64,000 nt of DNA from an uncultured archaeon (GCA_964441265.1 CAYYKJ010000003.1:23428-87427), one strand, 5' to 3'; counted from the first letter of the stretch, positions 46,789 to 56,828 are shown. The notes: generated by a model from the letters alone, not told the origin. Numbers and translations are program-made.

Positions 46789-47157
46789 TTATTTGTTCTT
46801 GACTCTTATATCCCTTTTTTCGGCGTTCTCGAGAATTTCGAGCCTTTTCTTCTTCCCGACGGTTCCGGAAATAACCGCGATTTCTTCGTCTTTTTTTATT
46901 CCTTCCAGTCCGGAGGGGTTGTACACGAGGACCTCTTTCATGCCTTCCCTGTCGAGCCCCCTAACACCGGAAGGGCTTCCGTAACCGGGATTTGGCGGGC
47001 TGGATTTGCCCTTGAGCCGCATCCTCATCTTGGAGCGTATTCCCCTGGGCTTCCTCCACTTGTCCTTGAGTCCCTTCCTCTTGTATTCCTGCCTCTTGAA
47101 CCGGGGCTTCTTCTTCTTTATCTCTTTCCTTATCTCAATCTTTTCCTTCATTTTCAT
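46789..47157 (-). CDS. rpl32e: Ribosomal protein L32e
   Basis: RQEYKRKGLKDKWRKPRGIRSKMR...GYGSPSGVRGL...EVLVYNPSGLE...VGKKKRLEIL. Confidence 0.7.
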   Translation of the reverse strand: MKMKEKIEIRKEIKKKKPRFKRQEYKRKGLKDKWRKPRGIRSKMRMRLKGKSSPPNPGYGSPSGVRGLDREGMKEVLVYNPSGLEGIKKDEEIAVISGTVGKKKRLEILENAEKRDIRVKNK

Positions 47158-47683
47158 CCTCTGTGTATGGCTTTCTGACTATGTAGCATCCGTCCTGGAA
47201 CACCCTCTTGTCGTATCCCTTTATTTTGGTGCTGTGTTCTATCCTGGCGCACAGCTGGCCCACCCTTTCCTTGTCAGTCCCTGACACACGGATGGTGCTC
47301 TTGTCTATGTCAACCTTCAGGTCTTCCGGTATGGAAACGTACCTGGGATTCTTCTGCCCCAGGAAGTTTTCTATCACCAGCTTCCCCTGATCGGACTTCA
47401 TCTTGACCGGGAAATGGGAATAGACCATCTTCACTTCCCCATTCCATCCCTTGGTCACGCCGAGAATCATGTTGTTTATGACCGCCTTCCAGGTTCCCAT
47501 GACAGCCCTGACTTTTTTCCTCTCGTTTTTCGAGGAAAGGGTTATCTTGCCGTTTTCTATTTTCACCTCTACGAACGGGTTGGAGAACCTCCTGGAGAGT
47601 TCTCCCTTGCTGCCGCTGATTTTAAGATTTCCGTTTTCTTCTTTCACATCGGCCCCTTCAGGGATCTCGATTTCATGCATCAT
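47135..47683 (-). CDS. rpl6: Ribosomal protein L6 (uL6)
   Basis: Two-domain L6 pattern with C-terminal RVGQLCARIEHSTKIKGYDKRVFQDGCYIVRKP. Confidence 0.75.
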   Translation of the reverse strand: MMHEIEIPEGADVKEENGNLKISGSKGELSRRFSNPFVEVKIENGKITLSSKNERKKVRAVMGTWKAVINNMILGVTKGWNGEVKMVYSHFPVKMKSDQGKLVIENFLGQKNPRYVSIPEDLKVDIDKSTIRVSGTDKERVGQLCARIEHSTKIKGYDKRVFQDGCYIVRKPYTEDENEGKD

Positions 47684-47758
47684 GATTTACCTTCCGGAAT
47701 CAAACGCGTAATAGTGAAATTGTTATTAAAGGTATTTAAAAGTTTCAGAACGCAGGTT

Positions 47759-50590
47759 TTACTTCTTTCCTCTCTTTTTCTTTCCCGATTTTTTCCCGGA
47801 TTTCTTCTTCTTTGTGGTACCTTTCTTGCCAGCGGATTTTGTTTTCCCGGTCTTCTCCCCGGTTTTACTGCCGGCCTTCTTTCCGGAAGACTTCTTTTTC
47901 TCGGATTTTGTCCTGGCTGATTTCTCTCTCTTGGACTTCTTTGTTTTCTTCCTGCCGGAGGACTTGGGTTCCCCGGCCTTCTTTTTCGTTTTCTTTTCAG
48001 TTTTTTTCTTCTTGCTTCTCTTTCCGGAGCCCGGCCCCTTCATACCCTTCATTCCGCTTATCTTCCCGCTTTCCTCCGGTTTCTCCCTTTCTTCTCTGGG
48101 AATCTGCTCCCCGGGGAACCTTCCGATCAGCCTGAAAGCCCCTGTCCCCAGGGGTATGACCTGATTCATTATTATGTTCTCCACCTGCCCTCGAAGGGAA
48201 TCCCTTTCACCGTTTATTGAGGCGTTGATTATGTGCTTTTTTGTCTCCTCAAAAGACATCCTGGCGATCACAGAGGGCTTGCTCCCTGCGATTCCGTACC
48301 TCCCAATCCCCATTATATTACCCGAATACGTCATCAGGTCGGCCAGAAGGGAGACGTATCTCGGGTCGACCCCCAGCCCCTGCTCCTCTATGGTGTGGAC
48401 GGCCTCCTGTATTATCGCATTCCTGGCCGCCTCTATGCCGAGAACACTACATATCTCAAATATGTTGTTGCAGGTGGTCTTTGTCGGATCCACCCCTTCC
48501 ACAGCCAGTATCTTCTTGAGGTTGGAACCGAGGGTGCTTATTATCCATCCCTCATCCTCTTTGCTCACAATAACGTGGGAAATGCCCTTTACTCCCTCTA
48601 TATGGGACTCCATGACCTTGTATTTCAGCTTGTGGAGGTTGATGTTCTCGGTCTTCTTGGAGGTCACGGATATCTCGGAACCCTGGACATCGACATCCAC
48701 GTTCTTTATCTTTATGTGCTTCTTCAGGTCTTCCACGTCCAGATTGAAATCCCTGAGCTTTTTCTTGTTGAGCTTGAGCCTTATGACCAGGTTTATGAGA
48801 TCTATAACGTCACCCACCACGAAGTCCCTGAGCTTGACCTCCTTTATTTTCTTTGCTACCTTGAGCGCCTTTTCCTCGCTCTGGTAGTCCTTCATAAGGT
48901 GTATGGTCATGCTGGGCGTTTCCGGCTTTTTCTTCGCGTCGTATATCTCGATTAGACGTGGCAGACCCAGGGTTACCTGTATGCCTGCGACCCCTGCGAA
49001 ATGGTAAGTCCGCATCGTATTGTGGGTTACGATCCCGTCGAAAGTAGTGAACGTTTCCGTCCCCTCCACGGTGAAATCATATACATAATCATTGGACGGC
49101 CTTACGCGGGAAATCTCGGTTATCTTATCCCAGACCACGTCCGAATTGAGCATTGTCTTCATGACCTTCAGTTCATTTTCTATGTCGATGCCCTTTGATT
49201 CGGAGAGTCTTTCAAAAATACCCACGTATTTGGCAAGGGTCGATCTTCCTATTCTCTGTCTCCCGGTGAAATTGTTGACATATCTCGTGGGGTAGCCCAG
49301 CTTTTTCGCCGTCCTTAGGAACAAATCCCCGAATCCTCCCACCATGTCGGTGAAGTCCTGGAATTTACCATTCTTCCCAAAAAACCCGCATAGCCTCTCG
49401 AGTCTCTCCTTCTTTTCGTCAACGGAAAATCCTATATTCTCCCTGAACAGACCGGCATATTTATAGGGTATCGCCAAATTGAACTGTTTGTCAATGCTCT
49501 TGTTTGCAAATATCCCGAACCTTGTCAGCAAGAGCTTGATACCGTCAATGAGCTCCTCCGAATTGGACGATGCCCTTATCATCCCCCTGTCCACTGAGAC
49601 ATTGCCGTCCCCGTCGAAATACCCCTTCAGCAGCCCGGACACGAACTCCTTCTTTGCGCCATATGAGAAATATGGAACCCTTTTCGAGCCCGAGCCGGTA
49701 CCGCAAACCGCCTTCATCAGTCTGCTCAGGATAATGGAGTTTATCCTTATGTCATGTCCCTTTGAGAAACCGCGGAAATTGTCATATTCATTGAAGGTGA
49801 ATCCGTGCGATCTGGCGAACTTCCTGATTTTTGAAAGGAATTCACTGTCTACGTTGGAGAAGGAAACGTAATATTTCGTGGATTGACCTTCGGAAAGGTA
49901 TGCCCCGAAAATCCATCCCAGGGACTTGTCAAGGTCGATTTTTTCGGGGAGGGGCTTCCTAATGAAAGAATCGGTTTCCCCTATGGCATCCTTCAAATCA
50001 AGGGACTGGAGACAATTTTCAGACAGAAATTTCATAGAGGGAATCCTGCTACCGATTTTCAGTTGTTTTCCAGATATCGGGACTATTTTGTTGTTTTCCC
50101 TGACAACGAAAGAATGGGAATCGGTGGCCGTTATTTCTCTTCCTGAAAGGGTTCTGATTTTTATCAGTTCTTCGGGTGCCTTGTGCCTGCTGCATGAAGA
50201 AACCCTTTTCCACTCAATCTTCTCCTTGCCAGTTATGCTGGGGACAAAAACTTCCCCATCAGAAAAATCGAATATCTCCCAGCCGTTCTCTTCTTTCTTC
50301 CCGAAGACATCCATAACACTGTCCACGAATTCCCCGATTTTAGGTGTTATTATGCATCCATTATTCTTCAGTATTACCCTTTCGTTGTGATCTAGGGACA
50401 TCTGGGTGGCCGGCTCGGATAGCGACTGGGCCGCAACGACGCCCATGGCCTCCTCCGGATAATAGAGCGCCTTGTTGTAAAGCACCCTGACCCTTCCGAT
50501 CAGTTCTGCGGAGTCCATGCCATTCTCTTTGGCGTATTCCTCCACTTCCTTCCTTATCTTCAAAGGCAGTTCTCTCATTTTATCATCCAT
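47759..50590 (-). CDS. rpoA2: DNA-directed RNA polymerase subunit A'' carrying an intein and a C-terminal Lys-rich tail
   Basis: Exteins ...VVAAQSLSEPATQM | TMRTYHFAGVAGIQVTLGLPRLIEI... match conserved A'' blocks. The 943 aa total breaks down to a normal A'' of about 360 aa, a 460-aa intein, and a tail of about 120 aa. Confidence 0.9.
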   Translation of the reverse strand: MDDKMRELPLKIRKEVEEYAKENGMDSAELIGRVRVLYNKALYYPEEAMGVVAAQSLSEPATQMSLDHNERVILKNNGCIITPKIGEFVDSVMDVFGKKEENGWEIFDFSDGEVFVPSITGKEKIEWKRVSSCSRHKAPEELIKIRTLSGREITATDSHSFVVRENNKIVPISGKQLKIGSRIPSMKFLSENCLQSLDLKDAIGETDSFIRKPLPEKIDLDKSLGWIFGAYLSEGQSTKYYVSFSNVDSEFLSKIRKFARSHGFTFNEYDNFRGFSKGHDIRINSIILSRLMKAVCGTGSGSKRVPYFSYGAKKEFVSGLLKGYFDGDGNVSVDRGMIRASSNSEELIDGIKLLLTRFGIFANKSIDKQFNLAIPYKYAGLFRENIGFSVDEKKERLERLCGFFGKNGKFQDFTDMVGGFGDLFLRTAKKLGYPTRYVNNFTGRQRIGRSTLAKYVGIFERLSESKGIDIENELKVMKTMLNSDVVWDKITEISRVRPSNDYVYDFTVEGTETFTTFDGIVTHNTMRTYHFAGVAGIQVTLGLPRLIEIYDAKKKPETPSMTIHLMKDYQSEEKALKVAKKIKEVKLRDFVVGDVIDLINLVIRLKLNKKKLRDFNLDVEDLKKHIKIKNVDVDVQGSEISVTSKKTENINLHKLKYKVMESHIEGVKGISHVIVSKEDEGWIISTLGSNLKKILAVEGVDPTKTTCNNIFEICSVLGIEAARNAIIQEAVHTIEEQGLGVDPRYVSLLADLMTYSGNIMGIGRYGIAGSKPSVIARMSFEETKKHIINASINGERDSLRGQVENIIMNQVIPLGTGAFRLIGRFPGEQIPREEREKPEESGKISGMKGMKGPGSGKRSKKKKTEKKTKKKAGEPKSSGRKKTKKSKREKSARTKSEKKKSSGKKAGSKTGEKTGKTKSAGKKGTTKKKKSGKKSGKKKRGKK
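49019..50398 (-). mobile_element. Intein with a LAGLIDADG homing-endonuclease domain inserted in rpoA''
   Basis: Begins SLDHNERVIL right after TQM and ends ...FDGIVTHN followed by the extein T. Two LAGLIDADG motifs (LGWIFGAYLSEGQS and LLKGYFDGDGNVS). Confidence 0.8.
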
Positions 50591-53076
50591 TAAATATTCA
50601 TCTTCCAGTTGAGTTGTCCCCAGTCGGTCTTCGATGGGTCCATCCCGTCCTCGCCAGCAAAGAACTGTATGACATTGTTATTGGAATCCCTGACCGCCAT
50701 GTCCTCGCAGACCTTGAGGTCCTGAAGAGAATTCATGAGCCTTCTCTGCATGTAACCGGACTTTCTGGTACGGAGCGACTTGTCCATGAGCCCCTCCCTG
50801 CCGTTCATCACGTTCCAGAAGAACTCGAAAGGGGTGAGCCCCTGTTTGAATCCCCTCGAAACGAAGCCGTGCGCCTCTGCCGAAAGGTCTCCCTTGGCGA
50901 AATGGGGAAGTATCCTATCCATGTAGCCTCTCTCTATCCTCTGACCAAGTATGGTTTCCGATCCGACGCAGGCGGACATCTGGGTAGTGTTTATGTTAGA
51001 ACCCTTGGCTCCGGAAGAGGACATCACGAGTATGTCGCTGGGGCTTATCTTCTCAACCATTATCTCGCTGACCCTGTTCAGCCCCTCCGCAAGCGCGGAG
51101 AGTATCTGGGTCTCCAGTGACTCCTTGGGGGTCATCCCGGGAAGCACTTTTATCTTCTTATTCTTGTATTCCCCGATGAGCCTGTCCGCATCCACCTTCG
51201 ACTTGTCTATTTCCTTTTTTATGTCCGAGAGAGTCCTCTTGGGAAGGTCAAGGTCTGTCAATCCTATGGAAAATCCCCTTTCCATGAGATAGGAAACCGA
51301 AATTCTTCCGAGATGGTCTATGAAATTCTTGAGTTCCTCGTTGTTGACGTTCCTCCTCACCTTGTTTATCATCTTCCCCTTGAAGGCTCCCACTGCAGAA
51401 CTGTCCAGAACTCCGCTGACAAGCTCCCCGTTCTTGATTGACACCCATGCATCATAGGGACATTTTTCCCTCGTACACTTTTCGCATTCCCTGCATATCC
51501 CCGCCTTGTATTCCATGTTGAGCCCCTTCGGCAACAGGAGGCTTATGACTTCTTTCCCGGTGAACTTCTCCTTGTCGGGAATCTCGGCTTCAATTCTCGC
51601 CCGGGCGAAGAGTTCAGATGCCTCCTCTTTCGTGAAAACATTTCCCTTCTGGCTAAGCAGGAATATTCCTGATATCTGGTCCAGGTCCAGCCCCACCAGG
51701 GGCCCCCCGAATCTGGGTGATATTATATTGTTCTTGACGTCCATGAGCTCCAGTGCCTCCACCTGGGCCTCTTCGGACTGCAGGGCATGTATGTTCATCT
51801 CGTCCCCGTCGAAATCCGCGTTGTAAGGGGCACAGACGCTCGGGTTCAGCCTGAATGTCCTGTGGGGAGTCACCTTTACACGATGGGCCATTATGGACAT
51901 CCTATGAAGGGAGGGTTGCCTGTTGAACAGAACCACGTCCATGTCCTTCAGCTGCCGGTCTATTATCCATCCTTTCTCGAGAGAGGAAAGTATTTCCTTC
52001 TTGTTTTCCTCGGTCACCTTTATCTTCCTGCCATCGAGCCTGGTGACGTAGTTGACCTTGCCGTCTTTCAGCATGCTCTTGACGTCCTTCATGTTTAGCG
52101 AGGTTATGGTCTGGGGTATGGTCAGCTCGCTGGCCACTATGTCCGGTATGCCCACCTCGTTTATGGAGAGCGTAGGGTCGGGGCTGATAACGGTCCTTGA
52201 CGAATAATTCACCCTCTTTCCGAGAAGGTTGCCCCTGATCCTTCCCTCCTTGGCCTTGAGCCTCTGTATCATTCCCTTCAGCGGCCTCCCTGACCTGTGT
52301 CTTGCCTGGGGAACACCCGTCAGCTGGTTGTCGAAATAGGTGGCCACGTGATACTGGGAAAGCTCCCATAGGTCATTGAGTATGAATTCGGGCGCTCCTA
52401 TGTCTATGTTCTCCTTCAGGGACTGGTTTATCCTCACTATGTCCACCAGCTTGTGTGTCAGGTCGTCCTCTGACCTCTCCCCCGTCTCCAGCGTGATGCT
52501 GGGCCTCATGGTCACGGGGGGTATCGGGAACAGCGTGAGTATGAGCCACTCCGGCCTGCCTCCCCGGAAACCCAGCTTCTCCAGGTCATCTTTGGATATC
52601 CTTTCCATCCATTCCCGGATAAATATGGGATTGAGCTCCTCTTTTCCGGCGTAATAGGTGAATGGCTTGGAAAACTTTATCTTCTTCTGTTGCTTGCCGC
52701 AGTGGGGACACCTCTTGGTAGCGCTCTTGGAGGCCTGCTTGAGGGAGACCGGATTCTTGGATAGTATCTTACCGCACTTCATACAGGTCGCCTTCATGAG
52801 CTGGTAAATCTGCTTCGTGTAAAGTACGTGGACCACCGGCCTGGCCAGTTCCAGATAACCGAAATGCCCGGGGCAGTCCCCTATGCTTGCCCCGCATGTC
52901 CTGCACCTTATACCGGGATCAACGACTCCCATCCTCGGGTCCATCACTCCGCCGTCTACGGGGTAACCGTCCGCATCGTAAAGGTCGGAAGTGACGATCC
53001 TGACGGTAGCCAGCGATTTGATTATTTCCGGGGACAATATTCCGAAACCCATGGCTTCTATTTTTGCAGTGTTCAT
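50590..53076 (-). CDS. rpoA1: DNA-directed RNA polymerase subunit A'
   Basis: N-terminal Zn motifs (CRTCGASIGDCPGHFG), NADFDGDEMN and other RNAP largest-subunit blocks. 828 aa. Confidence 0.9.
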   Translation of the reverse strand: MNTAKIEAMGFGILSPEIIKSLATVRIVTSDLYDADGYPVDGGVMDPRMGVVDPGIRCRTCGASIGDCPGHFGYLELARPVVHVLYTKQIYQLMKATCMKCGKILSKNPVSLKQASKSATKRCPHCGKQQKKIKFSKPFTYYAGKEELNPIFIREWMERISKDDLEKLGFRGGRPEWLILTLFPIPPVTMRPSITLETGERSEDDLTHKLVDIVRINQSLKENIDIGAPEFILNDLWELSQYHVATYFDNQLTGVPQARHRSGRPLKGMIQRLKAKEGRIRGNLLGKRVNYSSRTVISPDPTLSINEVGIPDIVASELTIPQTITSLNMKDVKSMLKDGKVNYVTRLDGRKIKVTEENKKEILSSLEKGWIIDRQLKDMDVVLFNRQPSLHRMSIMAHRVKVTPHRTFRLNPSVCAPYNADFDGDEMNIHALQSEEAQVEALELMDVKNNIISPRFGGPLVGLDLDQISGIFLLSQKGNVFTKEEASELFARARIEAEIPDKEKFTGKEVISLLLPKGLNMEYKAGICRECEKCTREKCPYDAWVSIKNGELVSGVLDSSAVGAFKGKMINKVRRNVNNEELKNFIDHLGRISVSYLMERGFSIGLTDLDLPKRTLSDIKKEIDKSKVDADRLIGEYKNKKIKVLPGMTPKESLETQILSALAEGLNRVSEIMVEKISPSDILVMSSSGAKGSNINTTQMSACVGSETILGQRIERGYMDRILPHFAKGDLSAEAHGFVSRGFKQGLTPFEFFWNVMNGREGLMDKSLRTRKSGYMQRRLMNSLQDLKVCEDMAVRDSNNNVIQFFAGEDGMDPSKTDWGQLNWKMNI

Positions 53077-54884
53077 ATCTCATCAACCGTAAGTCTGGGG
53101 TATACCCCCATGGACTTGAACTCGTCAAGTGTGAGCTTGAAAGCATAAGATGTGTTGACCCAGAGGACCTTTGAGTTTTTGCAAAGCAGGCAACGGGCCG
53201 AATTCTTTGCCCTGTCGTAAATGGCTATCAGGCCGCATTTCTGGCATATGGGAATGACAGTCTCGTCCGAGCTGAACCTCTCCTTCAGCGTCATCGCGGC
53301 TCCGTGCCCCACCAGGCACTGCTGCTCCATCTCTCCCAGACGAAGGCCTCCCCTCTTGGAGCGCCCTTCCGTGGGCTGCCTCGTAAGTAGGGTCACGGGT
53401 CCCTTCGACCGGGCGTGTATCTTGTCAGCGACCATGTGGTCGAGCTTCATGTAATAGGTTATACCGGTAAATATCATGACTTCATATTTCTTTCCACTCC
53501 TCCCGTCGTAGAGGGTCTCCTTCCCGTCATCTCTGAAGCCGAGCTTGAGCATCTCTTTCCTTATGTCATCTTCCTTCGCGCCTGAGAACGTGGATCCGTC
53601 GACTATCTCCCCGGAGTAAGCGGAATACTTCCCGGTGAGCACCTCCATCAGCTGGCTCACGGTCATCCTGGAGGGTATGCCGTGGGGATTGAAGACCACG
53701 TCAGGGACCACGCCGTCCTTGGTGAAGGGCATGTCCTCGTGGGGCACCAGAAGAGAGGTGACCCCCTTCTGCCCGTGCCTGGTGGCGAACTTGTCACCGA
53801 GTTCCGGAATCCTCTGGTCCCTTATCCTCACCTTGAGCATGTGCTCTCCGTTTGTGGTTTCGCTTATGAGGACCTTGTCAACTACTCCCCTTTCCCCGTG
53901 CCTCACCGTGACGGAGGACTCCCGCTTGTTCTCTATGTCCATGGTGAAATCCCCCCCGGTCAGGAACCTGAGAGGAGAAACCTTACCCACGATTATGGAA
54001 TCAGATTCAACCGGGGTCTCGACGTTTATTATCCCGTCCTCGGCCAGGTCTTCGTAGGCATCGTCCCCCCTGTATCCCTTTATGCCTGGCTCGGGAACAC
54101 AGATGCTGTCCTCCTGGCCGCCCCAGTACCTTTTCTTTGAAGTCTGATATGTCCTGAAGTAAAAAGACCGGAACATTCCCCTCTCCACTGAACTCCTGTT
54201 CAGAACCACGGCGTCGTTCATATTGAAGCCGTCCCAGCACATTATAGCTATCACAACGTTCTGGCCGTAGGGATGATATTTGAGTATGTCGTCCGTTTTG
54301 GTCCTGACCAGCGGACGCTGAGGATAGGAAAGCACGTTGAACTTCGTGTCGCTCCTTATGAGGAAGTTGTCCACCGGGGCGCCTATCGCCTGCCCCACCA
54401 TCTTGGCGCCGTAGTTTACCCTGTCGCCCCTGTTATACTCCGAATACGGAGTCAGGCTTGCGGATATTCCCAGGACAAGTATGGGATTGAGCTCCAGGTG
54501 GGTGTGGTCCTTGGTGACCTCAGAGGGGTCAATCGCTATGTATGCGTTCTCCTCCTCCTCCGCGTCCAGGTATTCTATTATCCCGTGCTTTATCAGGTAT
54601 GTCCAGGTGATCTTGCCTGACATGAGCTTTTTTACCAAGGAATCGGTAAGTTTGGGCTTCCCGTTGCTGACTATTATTAGCGGCCTCCTTGCCCTACCGG
54701 AGTCGCAGTTTACCCGTATTTCGGAGAACCTTTCGTTGTACGCAACGTTTATCTGGTCCGGCAGTATGCTGTGCCTTCTCCTTTTCTTTATGTTGCCTAT
54801 GAAGGCCGAGGCGTCCCTTACAGAACCCATGTAATTGCCGTTGAAATACACGTCTACCGGTTCCCTCGAAGATTTTTTCGTCAT
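53073..54884 (-). CDS. rpoB1: DNA-directed RNA polymerase subunit B' (C-terminal part of a split RpoB)
   Basis: GDKFATRHGQKG...PSRMTVSQL and a C-terminal Zn motif CQKCG...CLLC. 603 aa. Confidence 0.9.
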   Translation of the reverse strand: MTKKSSREPVDVYFNGNYMGSVRDASAFIGNIKKRRRHSILPDQINVAYNERFSEIRVNCDSGRARRPLIIVSNGKPKLTDSLVKKLMSGKITWTYLIKHGIIEYLDAEEEENAYIAIDPSEVTKDHTHLELNPILVLGISASLTPYSEYNRGDRVNYGAKMVGQAIGAPVDNFLIRSDTKFNVLSYPQRPLVRTKTDDILKYHPYGQNVVIAIMCWDGFNMNDAVVLNRSSVERGMFRSFYFRTYQTSKKRYWGGQEDSICVPEPGIKGYRGDDAYEDLAEDGIINVETPVESDSIIVGKVSPLRFLTGGDFTMDIENKRESSVTVRHGERGVVDKVLISETTNGEHMLKVRIRDQRIPELGDKFATRHGQKGVTSLLVPHEDMPFTKDGVVPDVVFNPHGIPSRMTVSQLMEVLTGKYSAYSGEIVDGSTFSGAKEDDIRKEMLKLGFRDDGKETLYDGRSGKKYEVMIFTGITYYMKLDHMVADKIHARSKGPVTLLTRQPTEGRSKRGGLRLGEMEQQCLVGHGAAMTLKERFSSDETVIPICQKCGLIAIYDRAKNSARCLLCKNSKVLWVNTSYAFKLTLDEFKSMGVYPRLTVDEI

Positions 54885-56350
54885 TTCACGCCCATCTCCT
54901 TTATGCTGCCCAGCAGGTCTTCTTCGTCCTTGGCGGAAAGGCCGGAGGTGATTTCCGTCAGAAGCGCCAGGTGCTTTCTGAGGCCTATCGAGGATCCCTC
55001 AGGGGTCTCGGCGGGGCAAAGCCTCCCCCACTCCGTGGGATGTACCTGCCTTGCCTTGAAATGCTCCTGAGTGGAAGTCAGCGGCGAGAGCACGGATCTC
55101 AGGTGAGAGACCGATTTTATGAATGAGCTCCTGTCCAGCCTCTGGGACACCCCCGTTCTCCCTCCTATCCAGGCCCCCGTAGCCAGTGAGGAGAGTATCT
55201 GTTTGGTTACCGTATTGGCCTCTATAATGGACTGGACTGAAGGGAATTTTCCCCTCTTGACCAACTTCTGGTAATTATAAGTCATCTTGGCTATCAGGCC
55301 CCATCTCCCCAGGAGTATGGATCTGAATAACTGCTCGAAAAGTTCCCCGGACATGAGAAGTCTCTTGTTGGAATAGTGATCTATGTCGTCGTCGGGGGAG
55401 ATGCCCAGCTTAACCGCTATGCATTTCCTTATCACCCTTGCCAGGTATTTGTCCTTCTTGGGCCTGTCACCTATCTCCTGGCCCAGATGAGGGAAAAGGT
55501 ACCTGTCCAATATCTGGTTTACCCTCTCTTCCACGTAATCCTTGCTGACCTTGAGCTTCCTGCCCATGAAAGCCTTGGCTTCCTCTGTGGTTATGACGTC
55601 CGTCTCGTAGAGGTTGGTGTAGAATTCGTTGAGTATCTTGCTGTCGTTGGAAATCATGGAGCAAAGCTCCTTGTCGTTCTCCTGTCCGAGCGCCTTCAGA
55701 AGAACCACTATGGGAAGGCGCTTTATGTTGGCGAAAGATATGGTAAGCTCGCCGTCGGGCTTCATCTCGATGAGGTGCCTCTGCTTGAAACCCGATTTTT
55801 CGGAATTTATCCTTATCATCACCCCGTCATCCGGGGTCTTCTCGAATATGGGCTTGTTGGAGGTGATTTCTTCTATGAGCACGAGCACCCTCTCCGTGCC
55901 GTTTACTATGAAATATCCACCGGGATCCATGGGATCCTCGCCCACCTCCACCATATCCTTGTCATCGAGGTCTGAAAGGTTGCAGACCTTCGAGCGGACC
56001 ATTATGGGAAGGTTTCCTATGTGGACCCTCTCTACCTTCTCCTGGACGCCGTTGAAAATGGGGATTATGTTAACGTAAAGAGGGGCCATGTAAGTGAGGT
56101 CGCGTATCCTTGACTCGTTGGGGTAGATCGTCCTGGTGGAGCCGTCCGCCTCGTGTATTGTGGGGACACCCACCTCGACCTTGCCGAACTTCAGCTTCAG
56201 ATCCTCCGCCTCCTGGATGACCCTGACGGTTCCCACCTCGTCTATTATTTTCTGGAGGCCGAAATCTATGAAATTGTTGAATGACTCGATCTGGTATTTG
56301 ACCCATTCCTTTTCCTTCTCGAAGCCCTTGACTAGAGACACGAATGACAT
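54881..56350 (-). CDS. rpoB2: DNA-directed RNA polymerase subunit B'' (N-terminal part of a split RpoB)
   Basis: 489 aa matching the N-terminal protrusion/lobe blocks of RpoB. A 4-nt overlap with B' confirms the split. Confidence 0.9.
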   Translation of the reverse strand: MSFVSLVKGFEKEKEWVKYQIESFNNFIDFGLQKIIDEVGTVRVIQEAEDLKLKFGKVEVGVPTIHEADGSTRTIYPNESRIRDLTYMAPLYVNIIPIFNGVQEKVERVHIGNLPIMVRSKVCNLSDLDDKDMVEVGEDPMDPGGYFIVNGTERVLVLIEEITSNKPIFEKTPDDGVMIRINSEKSGFKQRHLIEMKPDGELTISFANIKRLPIVVLLKALGQENDKELCSMISNDSKILNEFYTNLYETDVITTEEAKAFMGRKLKVSKDYVEERVNQILDRYLFPHLGQEIGDRPKKDKYLARVIRKCIAVKLGISPDDDIDHYSNKRLLMSGELFEQLFRSILLGRWGLIAKMTYNYQKLVKRGKFPSVQSIIEANTVTKQILSSLATGAWIGGRTGVSQRLDRSSFIKSVSHLRSVLSPLTSTQEHFKARQVHPTEWGRLCPAETPEGSSIGLRKHLALLTEITSGLSAKDEEDLLGSIKEMGVK

Positions 56351-56359
56351 TTCAAAACC

Positions 56360-56605
56360 TCACACCACAATCCTGTAATAAACCGATTCCCCGGCCATGG
56401 GAGAACGCCTCATGATTTCCAAAAGGTCGCCTGGTTTCGCTTTCAGTATTTTTACGACCGGGTCGTCAGACAGTATCTTCGGGAGTTTGTCTTCGGTGGT
56501 ATTGAACTTTTCAATGACCTGATTCTTTTCTTCTTCCGATAGAATTCGGAACTTCGGTACGAGTTCATGTATTAGTTTTTCAATCGATTTGATCACCTTT
56601 GACAA
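56360..56605 (-). CDS. rpoH: RNA polymerase subunit H (Rpb5-like)
   Basis: 81 aa ending ...KPGDLLEIMRRSPMAGESVYYRIVV. Confidence 0.8.
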   Translation of the reverse strand: MSKVIKSIEKLIHELVPKFRILSEEEKNQVIEKFNTTEDKLPKILSDDPVVKILKAKPGDLLEIMRRSPMAGESVYYRIVV

Positions 56606-56685
56606 CTCTCGTGGCTAAACAGCCCAACGGAGTCGTTAGGCCCTTTCCGGCGGGATTTCCACAGATAATAATCACGGGCGTTAAC

Positions 56686-56695
56686 ATAACTATAT
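56686..56695 (-). promoter_or_regulatory. Candidate TATA box (TTTAAATAC on the minus strand) for the rpoH-B-A operon
   Basis: Archaeal box-A-like TTTAAATA located about 80-90 bp upstream of the rpoH ATG. Confidence 0.3.
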
Positions 56696-56828
56696 CTAAA
56701 TTAAGTATTTAAAGTTTATGGTTGAGACGGTATAAATATCCGTTTTAAAGCTATTTTTTTAGTATTTTGACGAAAAAAACACTAAAAAGGACATGATGAG
56801 AGAAGAAAAACCGGATGGAGATCGCATT

